Source: Lytechinus pictus
Taxonomy: Eukaryota
Assembly: GCF_037042905.1 (NCBI RefSeq)
Contig: NC_087263.1
Span: 14,882,001-14,946,000 of the forward strand
DNA: 64,000 bases
Direction: 5' to 3'
The notes beneath the pieces are model-generated. The model saw only the letters and a program-made list of their open reading frames with translations. It was not told where the DNA came from and searched no databases. The stretch's first letter is position 1; each line of letters opens with the position of its first letter. Position numbers and translations under genes: made by a program. Of the stretch, positions 11,501-21,981 are shown piece by piece.

Positions 11501-14500
11501 TTACCCAATTCTTCTTCTTCTTCTTCTTTGATTCCAGCATCTCGGTGTCTGTTACGGCTGATCCTACGCTAGACATGCTTGTCATACTAGCTAATGACGA
11601 CATAGAATCAGTGGACATCTGACGGGTCATACGACCTTCTGTACCTAAACAAAACAAAACAAAAGAAAATACATAGTTTAACTTATTGTTGTACTTCTGA
11701 TGGATCATACTACCTTCTGTACCTGAATAAAACAAAACAATAGTACAAATGAGATAATTTTCAATTACATGTATTATTGTACTTTTAATGGGTCATAAGA
11801 CCTTCTGTACCTAATTAAAACAAAACACATAGTTTTTCAATTACAATTGTACTTTTGATGGGTCATACAACCTTCTGGACCTACAGAAAGCAATAGAAAA
11901 TATATAGTTTTCAATTATTATTGGATTTCTGGCGGAACATACAACCTTCTGCCTACTCAAAAACAAAACACAACGTGTAGAATTTTCAATTTTATTTTTA
12001 TTGTACACATGACAGGTCATATGACCTTTCGTACCAAACTAATTAAAAAACAATCCAAAGTACATAATTTTCAACTTAATCATCATTAGGCATCCGACAT
12101 GCCTTAAAAATGAAACAGTACAAAATACATCACAACATTGTAATGGGATATTTGTTGAGCAATAATCTCTTATTGTTCTTATTATAATTTGCATGATATT
12201 CCCCCTAAAAACGTTGAACCCACAGCCAGACGTTACCCAATAGACGAATCAACCATTTACTCAATACTGTAATGTCACTGACCTCTAATTCATACATAAT
12301 AGTGTGAGCGAGTAGCAGTAATTAATGTATAGGCCTACACAAACAGCATCAAGATATTGAAGATGGACAAAAGTACACTTCCAAGGCATCTAAAGTTTTT
12401 TTTCCCTTGAAAAAGGAGGTAATTACGAGACATCTTTGCTATATCCTCAGACTCGTATTGAATTCCCCGGTCCGTAAACATCGAGCCGTGGCCTCGCCGG
12501 CTGCGGAGCATGGCGGTGAATACGAAAACGGTTCTCATTTCCCTTGGCTCCCATAAAGAGTATGTGCATGCATGCCGGAGTAAAAGAAACCATCTTAAAA
12601 GTCACTGCAAGACATGTAATCCCCCCTACTTTGCTTTCTCATGTACTCGGCCAATCAATTTTTATTTTTCCTTGGATCTGGGATATACAAGATACCATCC
12701 ATCTCCTGCAATCCATCCCACAACAACACGAAGTGTTGGTTTACCTGCTCCGCTACAATTAATAATCTAACATACAATGCACATACCATAATTTAGTTCT
12801 TATTTTTTCTCTCTTGTGAGGAGAAAGTTAGAGTTGAAAATAAATTGGAAAAACTTTCAGACTATATAGGACTGTGTATCACAGGGATTACACACGTAAT
12901 GTAGGTCATTGTAAACTAGCCATTTAAAAATATGAACATTAAAGAGGTGAATGCAACATTTTCAAATATTGGCAATTTTAAAGATTGAAAAGGTACTTGA
13001 ATACCTTTTAAAAAGATCTTTTGACATCAAACAATATAGGCCTATACATGTAGATATGATTAAATCTTGCAAATTTTAACTTGTGCCCCTAGGCAAAATC
13101 TTTATACAGTGGTGCTAAATAGTTAGTGAACCCCACCAGAAAATGAACATATTTAAAGTTCTGCCCTCTTTTAGATATTTAATTGTGAAGTCAGGTGATA
13201 AAATATTACATCTGGACAATAGAATTTAACTGTATGATACAAAAAAGTTGAACGGTAGGTTTCAGTGATGCCTTAATGCCTATAAAAAAATATCTTATCC
13301 CAATGTCTGGGCACACATTTTACTCAGATCTTTTTTGAACTGAAAGTCTACCCTTACTTCTGCTTATTGTAAATTCATGCCCACTTGCGTAGGCCGTTTG
13401 CTCTCATCAAAAATTCACTTTCACGACGGACAAACAGCATTTGACGGGACTTCATATCAGTTCAGGGTGATGGTGGATTCGAGAGTTACCAAATATAACT
13501 CTCAAAAGACACGATAGGAAACGCGATGAGGTTTGGAATTTAGATCGACAGAGGCATTTGATTGAATCATGTACTCACAGATAATGAGTAGCTATACATG
13601 TAGATTAAAATGAATTAATACCTTCATGAAATATTCAGAGACATGAAAAAAAAAAAACCATAAAAATATCATGTGGTGTGTAGCAGCAGTCAAAACTTCA
13701 AGCAACTCTATTGACAAGTAGGCCTAGTTTATAACAATAAAAGGTATGTGAAGGAAAACTCTTAATATGAATTATGGAAAAAAAAACTCTCAACAAAAAC
13801 CACCGAAAATTGATGAAAAAGCAAGGGGAAATTTTCTGAGTTAATTGTCAATGGAGTATATTACACCGTCCCTTGATTCAATAAATTGCTGTGGCACTCA
13901 AGAGTTTAGCCATTTCTCCCACTTAATGAATATTTCCACCCCTTTCTGGAAATTGAAATATATTTCATATTCTTATTACCCGATTCTTGGTATAATGATG
14001 GAGGTGGATTATTTCCCCAATGCAAAATTGGCACACAAAATTTTTGCACTATTCCTTCAGAGGAAAACATAAGGGCTAATACTATAGATCAGCATTACAA
14101 CTCACTGCTAAAAGCATGTACGCCTACAGGTAAACACACATGTACATGTACAGTAGGTCATGTATATTCCATCAGAGAGTCGGCCACTCTGGCAAAATCA
14201 ATCCTAGTAGCGAGACTGGCGGGGCAAATCCATGGCTACATTGATCAATTACAAAGGAACTGTTCCATGTCTTCAGTATCTATCAGCCGACCAATTGCAG
14301 TTGACCCTCAAAGACCAAGAGCGTTTGATATTGGTAGAAGGACGGATTGTTCTATCCTAATCTACAGAAAGAAAAACCGCTCATTTGCGAATCTACCACC
14401 GAACGATGATGAAACACTGGCTCTGAGGCTTCAGCAGGTGATTTCACATCCACCCAGTCACAAAAAATATCTGATAACTACAAGAACTCTTTTAGACCCT

Positions 14501-17500
14501 AAAAAGGGCACATTTTCTGTTTTCATTCTTGGGTTCACAACTGCATAAACAAGATAATGTCCTGGGAATAATACAAACTTGCCACAAGACTTGCATTCTG
14601 ATCACAAATGATGCACATTCTTATTGTCCAACATAATAAGTTCAAGGTTAAAAATGAATCCTTATAGATTCCCTATCTATGGACCTCCATGCCCCTATCA
14701 TTGCGTCCTTTCAATAGTCTCAATCGTGCTGTGATATAGAAATGTGCCCGACAGAATAAGTAAAGTTACTTTACCCTATCAAAAAATATTCAAATCCAAA
14801 AGTCTAGAAGTTAATGCAATTGGCTTTCACATCCCAAATATCAATGCAACCTTGACAAATATCTGCAAACATTCAGCAACCATGTACAGTACCTGCTAAT
14901 AATGCGGGTATTCCATTCCTACAACATAAGATATCACAAGCTTTCACACTGGCTATTAAAATACAAAATGCGTGCCTCTTTTGCACTCAGACTGGTGTAG
15001 AAGCCCCTCGTGAAGACATGACAAATATCTACCGCCCAATGGCAGCACTAACGACTGTTATTCATGCAAAGCTCAAAATCCAATGTTAACTGCTTGCACA
15101 GAGGAGACAATAATTAAACATCAAATATAAACAAAGGCGAACAAATGAATGAATGAAGAAGAGACTTGCAGCGTCACTACTGCGAAGCAAGCCTTCAGTT
15201 TGAGCCGTGTACATAGTAATGGAAGACCGGTTTTACAATGTAGATCAAGTCCTGGATCTTCCATTATATTTCTTGCACTCTTATTTCTGCAGAGTCAAAT
15301 TTGACTCTGAATGGGGTCAGCTGGGAGTAAACTTAAATATTCCCAGATAAAGTGACCCAGATTCGGAATGAATTAGACTGGGAATGGTGTGTCTTATCAG
15401 CTGAAAAATGACTCAATGGCAAGTCAAATCAATCCATGTATGACTTTGACATACAATTGAGAGTGATTTTGTCACATACATGTTATAAAAAGAAACATCT
15501 ATGTCGTTTTCACCTCACTCGAATAAATCAACATTTTTAGGGAGAATTCAAAGTTATGATATACTCTGGGGTAGGAGTACATGTGTAAATAGTAAAAAGT
15601 GTAAATAGTAAAAAAAAAATTGAAACAGAATAAGCAAAGGAGATATTTACCACATCAGCACACTACATGTATATCCAAAATGCTTTACATGTACTAAACT
15701 CCAGCCTTCATTTTGGCCATCCTGACTTTACGATGCTAAGAAACTAACATTCTCAGCAAGTTCTACATTTCACAATGTCACCTCTTGACAACATCTCCCC
15801 CAAATTACCAGGGACGTCCCAGCGATCCCCAAACAACACCAATAGAGGGGAGCAAAAGTCGCCCTCTGCAAGGCTACGACTGATGACTCATAGGGGTGCA
15901 AAGTTGCGCCCCTGTGCATGAATGGTAGTAATAGTCTCAAAGTCAAGCTCTAATAGTGAGGAATGAGTAATAATTCTTAAAGTAAATCTATTAAACCAAG
16001 GCGAATTGCTATAATAACACAGTACTGAAATAGCTATAATGAAGACAACACTTGCATTTAGAGTATGCAAGCCAAAACTTTCCAGTGCAGAACAATGAAA
16101 CTAGCTGGAATTTGAGTAGGCTCAAAACCCAGCGTACACTGGAAATACAATTGTAACCAACATGGAGGCAAATGGCGGTACACAAAAAAATTACTCTGAA
16201 AAATACTCATCTAATGACCGGGATACCTTGCTTAACTTTGCTCATTACCATGCTTTTGATAATTTCCTTCCAGAATCATTTGGCACATGTGGTAATTTGA
16301 CTGGATTTTGTGAAAATTTGTTTTGTCGTCATTGCCACAACTGGTGTCCACTATTAATTGAGGTCTTGTTTCGCATTCATTTTACAAAACTAATAAGTAC
16401 ACTGTCATCCTCATCTTCTATGTCCTCAGAAAAAAGAATCAGATGGTATTTGGCAATCTCGTCTTCAGTTGGGGACTCTCTTCCCTGGCTGGGGACTACT
16501 ATTTCTAAACATTACAAAAGAGGAGTCCATATCTTATGAAGACAGGGAAATTACTACATGTACATAGGCTAAACTTGGTTGTGTTTTGTGATGTTGGTGA
16601 TATCCTTGGTGTTAACTGTTATGATGGGTAAAGAGTCTGCATAGGCAGAAAATTTCACTAGCTGCACGGTGAAAGTCATGTACAGATTACAGATGAACTA
16701 CATGTAGGAACATGCTTTCTACAGTCATGTCAGGGCTTGGAATTCAGACTATAGGGCGATAATGGGCTAATCTCTTGATTGTACTCTGACACTTTAGATT
16801 GGCCCTACATAAATCCCCAGGAGTCATCCAGGTAGGGGTGAGAACCAGAACAAAGGGGTGAGGGCAAACGCCCCTGTAGGGGTGCTGAGGGGTCCATTGG
16901 AAGATCATTGGTACCAGAGTGCTTGTGGAGGGGTGAGGGCAGGCACCCTCGTAGGGGTGCAGAGAGGCCCCATTTGAAGATCATTGGTACCAGAATGTTC
17001 GTGGAGAGGTGAGAATCCGGACAAAGGTGTAGGGGCAGATGCCCTTGTAGGGGTACATAGTAAGTTCTTTGGAAGACCAGTGGTACCTGAACCTCCTGTT
17101 AAAACTCCCAAAATTAAAGAAGACCAGTCATAAGGGGGTACAAAGGCGGACACCCCTGGAGGGGTGTATAGAGGGGAACAGTTAAGGTTCTCTTGGAGGT
17201 CATGGGTACATTCATTACCCACTCACATGATGAAGGAGGGCTGGAATAAAAGGGTCACGTGTAGACACCCCTTCAGCACCCCTGTAGGGGTGTAGATTCT
17301 TTTTAAGTTCATGGGTACATCTAATAACCTCTGTATCAAACCCCTAATCAATGAAATATGGCCAAAATACAAGGTGATGCCATGCAGTTAGACACACCCA
17401 CAGGGGACTGAGAGGGGAGCAGGAGGGTGCATTGAAACTCCATGGTGACCTTAAGAGCCTCCCCCCTCCCTATGAAACATTAACTTCCAAATCCATCATG

Positions 17501-20500
17501 ACAGAACACTGTTGACATGTTATAACTAAATCAAACTGGCAAGAAGTTTCTTCTTGGACTATTTCTTTGTTTGGTGTTGGGCTTTATATTGGAAATTTAC
17601 CACCCCCTATTGAAATGTAATATACACTTAAGTGATTGGGCAGGGAAAACATTGACTCGCAAGTCTCTTATCACAGAGATGACATTCATAGGATTTGAAG
17701 AAAAGAAAAAGTTTTAAGAACATTTGCTGCGCTTTACTTACGACCCATGAAAGTGAAATACACAAGACTTATCACATATCTAAGATGAAATGTCACTATA
17801 AATAGGAAAATAACAAAAAGAATACAATTGTTCCTAGAATTGTCTTGCCGCACGCGTATGGATACGGGTAAAGTTTGATTTTTCTGAAATATGCCAAGAA
17901 AACATTGTTATTGGAATACAGTGGCACCAGAGTTAACAAATACTGAGATATATATCAATGACATACAAATTATCAGCAGCTGATGGGGATACATGTACTC
18001 AACTAATACTAAATACCACTTGGTCAGTTAATACCACCGGCTTGTCTTTAATTAAAATCCACAGAGCCCATGATAATGATCAATTAAGAATTGAGTATCT
18101 TAAGCCGTTGCAGATTGACTGGCGCCATTGATAATGCAGTCATGAATCTCTGAGCATCGGATCGCATGGTCTCATGAAACCAGTGGATCCCCCGTCCTGT
18201 AAATCAATAACATTCTTAATTACTCGGCTGACATTGAAGGCTGCATTGTCAAGTGCAGTGGGGTGTGACTCGGGGTGGATTCAAAACGGATTCTAATTTC
18301 TACTGAATTCTGTAATACCCATAGGCCCGTATTCTGAAGTCAGGTTTAACTTAGACCATCGTCTTACTGTGGTAAAATTATGGGAAGCCAAAATTATGGG
18401 AAGCCAAAAGTGTCAACATTTTTATTAAGTTGTATGTTTCTTATGTTTACTGTGCTCTTTCCTGATTCATCGACGGTGAAGACAATCATCTATTTATACT
18501 TCCTAGACAATTATGAATGATTTGAGAGCCAAATGAGCTGAAATATGATATCTCTACTGTTAGTGATTTATGTAACAATTGGCTATCCATACTTAAACCA
18601 CAACTTTAAACCTGAGTTTTAAGTTAAACCCGACTTCAGAATACGGGCCATAGGCTTTTAATAGGGACAAACCAGCCAAGGTAGGCAATGGGTTAATCTG
18701 CTGACTACTGAATTCTGTTTCTCCCCATATAGGCTTTGTGCAGAGATGGCAGTGTTACAGTAAGCAATGGGTTAACCCGTTGACTACTGATTGATGCAAC
18801 TGGCATAGACTTTGCAGTCAGGGACCAACTGATTTCAGAAGGCAATAGTTTAACTTGTTCATGACTGAATTGATTAATTCCTGTAGGCTTTGTACATCGA
18901 TCACCTAGTTCCAGTTAGCATGTGTTAACCTGTTGACTAGTGAAATTTATACATCTCATAGGCTTTGTATAGGGACCATTTGGTTCCGGTAGCAATGGGT
19001 TAGCATGATTACTACTGAATTCTGTTTTTCCCCATAGTCTAGGTACAGGGATCACTCGGCGATGAGTGAACCAGTTGACTACTTAATTCTATAATTCCCA
19101 TACACTTTGTGCAGCGACTACCCGGTTCTAGTAGGCAATGGGTTAACCTGAATTCTGTGATTCCCATAGGCTTTAGACAAGGACCAACCTGTTATTGTAA
19201 TATGCAACAGGTTAATTCTTCTTCAGTCAAAATAGTGTGTATTCTATTGCTAACTGAAACCGGATGGCTCTTGTATGTAGGCTGTGGGAGTTACAGAATT
19301 CAACCATCTAGAATATAACAATTTATATCAGCCTATTTCAAATCCACCACATAATTGACATTACCACTTCAGACAATCCTTCTAATCTTGTTCAAGAGAT
19401 GATGAATAATTGGAGAGTACTTGTTCAATTTGCATGCAAATTTGTAATTAAATCCACTTATTTCATGAACAGACACTATCGGAGAAATGTAAGCTTTATC
19501 CAGTCATCTAAACTTCACTTCATTCAATATGCCTACAGTACCTCTGCAGTAGATGTAGACTGAGCGAATCAAATGAAGCGGGGTGTATCTACTGTAGTCT
19601 CCATGTACAGACCCTGATTGAAACTTTAACCAACAAGGGGGTTACGAAATGAAACAAGTCTAGCACAAATACTAGTACAACTTGCTTGCACAAATACAAA
19701 AGGCGTAGATATTCATAATTTAATATACATGCCTCAAAATCCAAAATAAAAAATATGTCACTTGATAAAGAGTTGCAGCGGCACTCGAAAGCTCGTGAAC
19801 TTGTAAGCTAGTGAACACTAGCTTTTTGCGAGAGTGATCACGAATTTCCTAGAAAGCCAGTGAACACTTTTTGCGAGAGTGATCACGAATTTCCTTGTTG
19901 ACCATAGTAGATTGCGAGACAAATGAATACCCTCTAGCGATTATTTCAATCCGCAATAATGAACCTATTTAGTATTAAAAAATATGCTATTTCATTTTCA
20001 GAATGTATCAGGAGGCTTCAGCATGCAAGTCCCAATAGCTGAGACCTAAGGCTGCAGATTCAGACCATTTTTCTCAAAAATAAGGGCTTGCAGAGCAAAC
20101 TACATCTACTACTTTGCCCCCTTCCCGAAAAAAATGTACCCTACTTTTGATAAGTTAATGTCAAGAACGTTTGTGAGAAACATTGGAGAGAGGTTGTGCA
20201 CGAATCAGTGGACCAGTCCCCCGGCTTTGAACCTGGAGCGGGGCGAGGATTTGAATATCTTTTGACAAGATTTGAGCAAGACTTTGGCAAGATTGCCACC
20301 ATCCACCAAAGTGTACATGAAAACCATCAGTATGAAATCTCTCGAGTGTGAGTATTGTGAGAGGTCACGCTAGGGTAATGTCGGACCACCTCAAGATTAA
20401 ATCCTTGATCACCATGTTCAATGGCTACATGAACGATATTAACAATATTTGATATATCCTTATCTCTTAACATTTGAAATTCAAATTCTAGTAAGTCACC

Positions 20501-21596
20501 GAGGAAGGTAGATCTGCTCCGCTTCAATAGACAAAAAGGATTAACAATGTCTTGATTTTGGGAGTTTTGGTTGGGTGAGCAAAGAATGGTTGTGGTAATG
20601 GAAATGGCCCTTCTTGTTAAAGTCTTTGTCATTACCATAACTGGTTGACTAGGAGATCTCTTGGGGGTTCACACCTCATTGTTTCTGATCCATGAGCAAT
20701 CTTCACATGGTGACACAAACACCAGGTGTCCTCTTGAAGATGCTCTTTTGTTTGTTTCTGAAGACAAATATTGACAAAGGACTTCCTAAAAGGCAAGAAG
20801 CAAAACACAGAGGCCCACAAACAAATACAGAGAACTATATATGTATGTACACAAGCTGCTTTGGCCAAGCAGTGTTTATGGCTTCAGAACCAATGGGAGT
20901 TTCAAGAAACTCAGTAGCTATGGATTGCAGATATCAACTGATACATGAATTCTGACTACATCAAAGCAATACAGGCCTTATATTCGGTTACTAGAAGCAG
21001 ATCAGCAATTGGCAAATGAATCCTGTAATTTCCATTTGGGTTTGCACAGATATTGTCTGGTTCGAAGTACGCAAAGTGTTGCAAATTTGCATTCATTGCC
21101 AGAATTTACAATTGATTTGGCGACTCAAGCAGTATTGACTTGGGATCGATTTTGAATTTCTTGCAATGCGTTTATAAACCATTTCAACAGGGCCCCATTT
21201 AAAAAAAGTTCAACACTTGGACTGATTTTCATGTTTGCCTATATCGGTATTGATGAGGTTGTTCAATCGATCTCTCTAGAATTTCTTAGGAATCATGCTA
21301 AACATCTTTCCCAATGGCTTTTCCCCGCTGCTTTGTTTAGATGATCGAAATAGGCACTGACCTGTGTTTTCCCTTGCTTGGATGCTACTGGATTTCTTCT
21401 GGCCGTTCACCCCTCCGTTGGATATGCCATTGGAGAGTAGTCCCTGAGTGTTGCTGATGTGGGCCACCTTCAGCTGCTCGATCTTCTCCCGCAAGTCCTG
21501 GAGCTCGCTGTCCTTCTGGTCGGCTGTGGAGGTCAGGCGCTGCAGCCGGTTGGTCATGTTGGACAGACTCTGCTCAAAGGCTGCCACCACGTGGGC
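90..21596 (-). CDS. NAV2: Neuron navigator (NAV2/unc-53/sickie family), partial multi-exon CDS: coiled-coil region plus AAA+ ATPase domain; 13 exons, open at both ends
   Basis: Exons were joined by hand with GT-AG boundaries and consistent phases (2202 nt). The peptides closely resemble NAV-family motifs: AHVVAAFEQSL, KKKKKNW|IRSSF, LTDVKLEALSS, GPSGTGKT, VVILDNLHH, CPYIIGTMNQ, IGPRLFLSCP, LRLRPEDVGFDGY. Assignment to NAV1, 2 or 3 is not resolvable; probably a single invertebrate orthologue. Confidence 0.95.
573..888 (-). CDS. NAV2: NAV exon (WVLCANHMEPVKGFLGRYLRRKL...YLLEAVREGLQ)
   Basis: Acceptor AG at 889-890, donor GTAAGG at 572; 316 nt, phase 2 to 0. Confidence 0.97.
1148..1315 (-). CDS. 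NAV2: NAV exon with Walker B-like VVILDNLHH and CPYIIGTMNQ
   Basis: Acceptor AG at 1316-1317, donor GTAATT at 1147; 168 nt, phase 2 to 2. Confidence 0.96.
1445..1605. mobile_element. Short MITE (GGG.CC-type ends, TGATTGGCTGA core)
   Basis: Imperfect TIRs gggtccgtttcataa / ttatgaaataggccc. Confidence 0.55.
1956..2066 (-). CDS. NAV2: NAV exon (LGKDVTADSINTFNVDHKSGKELKQYLSSIAEQCETG)
   Basis: Acceptor AG at 2067-2068, donor GTGAGT at 1955; 111 nt, phase 2 to 2; TFNVDHKS motif. Confidence 0.95.
2435..2590. repeat. (CAT/CAC)n microsatellite
   Basis: Direct inspection. Confidence 0.9.
2664..2835 (-). CDS. NAV2: NAV exon with AAA+ Walker A (DSLVFETLIPKPIMQRY...GPSGTGKTYLA)
   Basis: Acceptor AG at 2836-2837, donor GTACGT at 2663; 172 nt, phase 1 to 2; P-loop GPSGTGKT. 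Confidence 0.96.
3131..3299 (-). CDS. NAV2: NAV exon (EYVLRIDPVTNLGLSSESI...PELLPCGYLVGENISIRIFVK)
   Basis: Acceptor AG at 3300-3301, donor GTAAGG at 3130; 169 nt, phase 0 to 1. Confidence 0.95.
3434..3635. mobile_element. MITE with CAGAG(T/C)TGCCAA-type TIRs and 6-bp TSD
   Basis: TIRs cagagttgccaac / gttggcaggtctg; flanks tgtata / cgtata; same family as 50647-51162. Confidence 0.65.
3853..3954 (-). CDS. NAV2: NAV exon (TVSTPLQEVLIGTIGISSKTNWDTLDSVVRRIFK)
   Basis: Acceptor AG at 3955-3956, donor GTAAGT at 3852; 102 nt, phase 0 to 0. Confidence 0.93.
4583..4725 (-). CDS. NAV2: NAV exon (DRHRLSTHSDHGSLDILLDD...PLTQPT)
   Basis: Acceptor AG at 4726-4727, donor GTAAGT at 4582; 143 nt, phase 1 to 0. 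Confidence 0.9.
5287..5425 (-). CDS. NAV2: NAV exon (NEMSVLKQENERLQ...SRDSL)
   Basis: Acceptor AG at 5426-5427, donor GTAAGA at 5286; 139 nt, phase 0 to 1. Confidence 0.92.
5480..5960. repeat. Compound (CAT/CAC)n microsatellite filling most of a NAV intron
   Basis: Direct inspection; explains the poly-His/Met/Asp ORFs. Confidence 0.95.
5988..6138 (-). CDS. NAV2: NAV exon (IYDSPESKEMITDLKKQLRDRESKLTDVKLEALSSQHQLDQLKEAMNKMK), coiled coil
   Basis: Acceptor AG at 6139-6140, donor GTATGA at 5987; 151 nt, phase 2 to 0. Confidence 0.93.
6098..6486. repeat. 102-bp tandem repeat (4 units) spanning the acceptor of NAV exon 5988-6138
   Basis: gat(c/t)g(g/a)tgatcatttctttac starts at 6098, 6200, 6302 and 6404. 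Confidence 0.9.
6653..6801 (-). CDS. NAV2: NAV exon (IRSSFRAAFTRKKK...TSASTSA)
   Basis: Acceptor AG at 6802-6803, donor GTAAGT at 6652; 149 nt, phase 0 to 2. Confidence 0.93.
7700..8649 (-). mobile_element. Non-autonomous Helentron-type element (HINE/DINE-1-like) with internal ~160-190 bp tandem repeats, copy 1
   Basis: Subterminal inverted repeats GTCTCACCTGCAT (7721-7733 and 8632-8644), a short (GCC)n microsatellite, about 5 internal units containing TGACCTTTGACCT, and T-rich ends. Confidence 0.75.
8851..9831 (-). mobile_element. Non-autonomous Helentron-type element, copy 2 (near-identical to copy 1)
   Basis: Same termini and subTIRs (8872-8884, 9814-9826); longer GCC/GTC microsatellite; flanks differ from copy 1. 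Confidence 0.75.
10339..10359 (-). CDS. NAV2: Candidate 21-nt alternative microexon (TSSSGEK) between ...KNW and IRSSF...
   Basis: ttcttgtttgtccatttaaAG|ACATCCTCATCTGGTGAAAAG|GTAATT; symmetric phase 0, no stop, CTAAT branch-like motif about 40 nt upstream. Confidence 0.6.
10930..11375. mobile_element. Foldback/palindromic non-autonomous element built of short internal repeats
   Basis: attgccaattcgtc ... gacgagttggcaat inverted termini; left-half ccatttngtcta-type units are mirrored by tagacnaaatgg-type units in the right half. Confidence 0.65.
11505..11644 (-). CDS. NAV2: NAV exon (GTEGRMTRQMSTDS...SKKKKKKNW)
   Basis: Acceptor AG at 11645-11646, donor GTAAGT at 11504; 140 nt, phase 1 to 0; conserved KKKKKNW motif. 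Confidence 0.93.
11625..12045. repeat. ~70-90 bp tandem repeat (about 6 units) spanning the acceptor of NAV exon 11505-11644
   Basis: Recurrent ggtcatac.accttctgtacct..aaaacaaaac. Confidence 0.85.
12427..12511 (-). CDS. Candidate alternative first coding exon (MLRSRRGHGSMFTDRGIQYESEDIAKMS)
   Basis: accgccATG start; CpG-rich; donor GTAATT in phase 1, matching the 11644 acceptor. Confidence 0.45.
16830..17450. repeat. Degenerate GC-rich tandem repeat (cccctgtaggggtg ... gaagatcattggtac)
   Basis: Motifs recur at about 16870, 16945, 17040, 17150 and 17280. Confidence 0.55.
18324..18649. mobile_element. PIF/Harbinger-like MITE
   Basis: 30-bp TIRs ggcccgtattctgaagtc(a/g)ggtttaactta with 1 mismatch; 3-bp TSD ATA. 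Confidence 0.85.
18650..19210. repeat. Degenerate ~75-80 bp minisatellite (gcaatgggttaa...gactactgaattctg...cccataggcttt)
   Basis: About 7 recognisable units; the first unit (about 18290) is split by the MITE. Confidence 0.7.
21362..21596 (-). CDS. NAV2: NAV exon (AHVVAAFEQSLSNMTNRLQRLT...ARENT), coiled coil
   Basis: Acceptor AG at 21597-21598, donor GTCAGT at 21361; 235 nt, phase 0 to 1. Confidence 0.95.
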
Positions 21597-21945
21597 CTGG
21601 GGATGAAAAAAGAATCAAAGGAAATGCTATCATTGAGAATAAAAGAGCGGCAATCAAAAGGCTGGAGAACACAACATTCTTTACAAATTCTGTTAAAAAC
21701 CAATTTCCTGTTTTAAAATCTTTTATGCAATATATTTCCCCAATGTCTTGCCCTCCTGTTGATGCCCGCGATCAAAGTGTTTATAATTATGGCAAAGTTG
21801 AGAAAGTTGACTTGACCTTGTCTGCGATGTTCCAATGTAACGTTGAAACATTTTGTCTTTTGGTAAAAAATAGAAGTTGGAAAAATGATGATCATTACAC
21901 ATTTGTATATTGGAATGTTACAAGCGTATAACTCATATCACTTAC

Positions 21946-21981
21946 CCTTAGCCAAATCTTTAATGTTTGATATAGGGACAT
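21946..21981 (-). CDS. Candidate short alternative first coding exon (MSLYQTLKIWLR)
   Basis: ATG preceded by in-frame TAA; consensus donor AGG|GTAAGT in phase 0; 349-nt intron to the 21596 acceptor. Confidence 0.35.

Noticed and set aside
13105..13500. Tc1/mariner-like terminus (TA CAGTGGTGC...)
   Set aside because: Matching opposite TIR not found and no transposase remnants recognised
20327..20955. Three overlapping 78-103 aa ORFs
   Set aside because: No recognisable homology and no compatible splice boundaries
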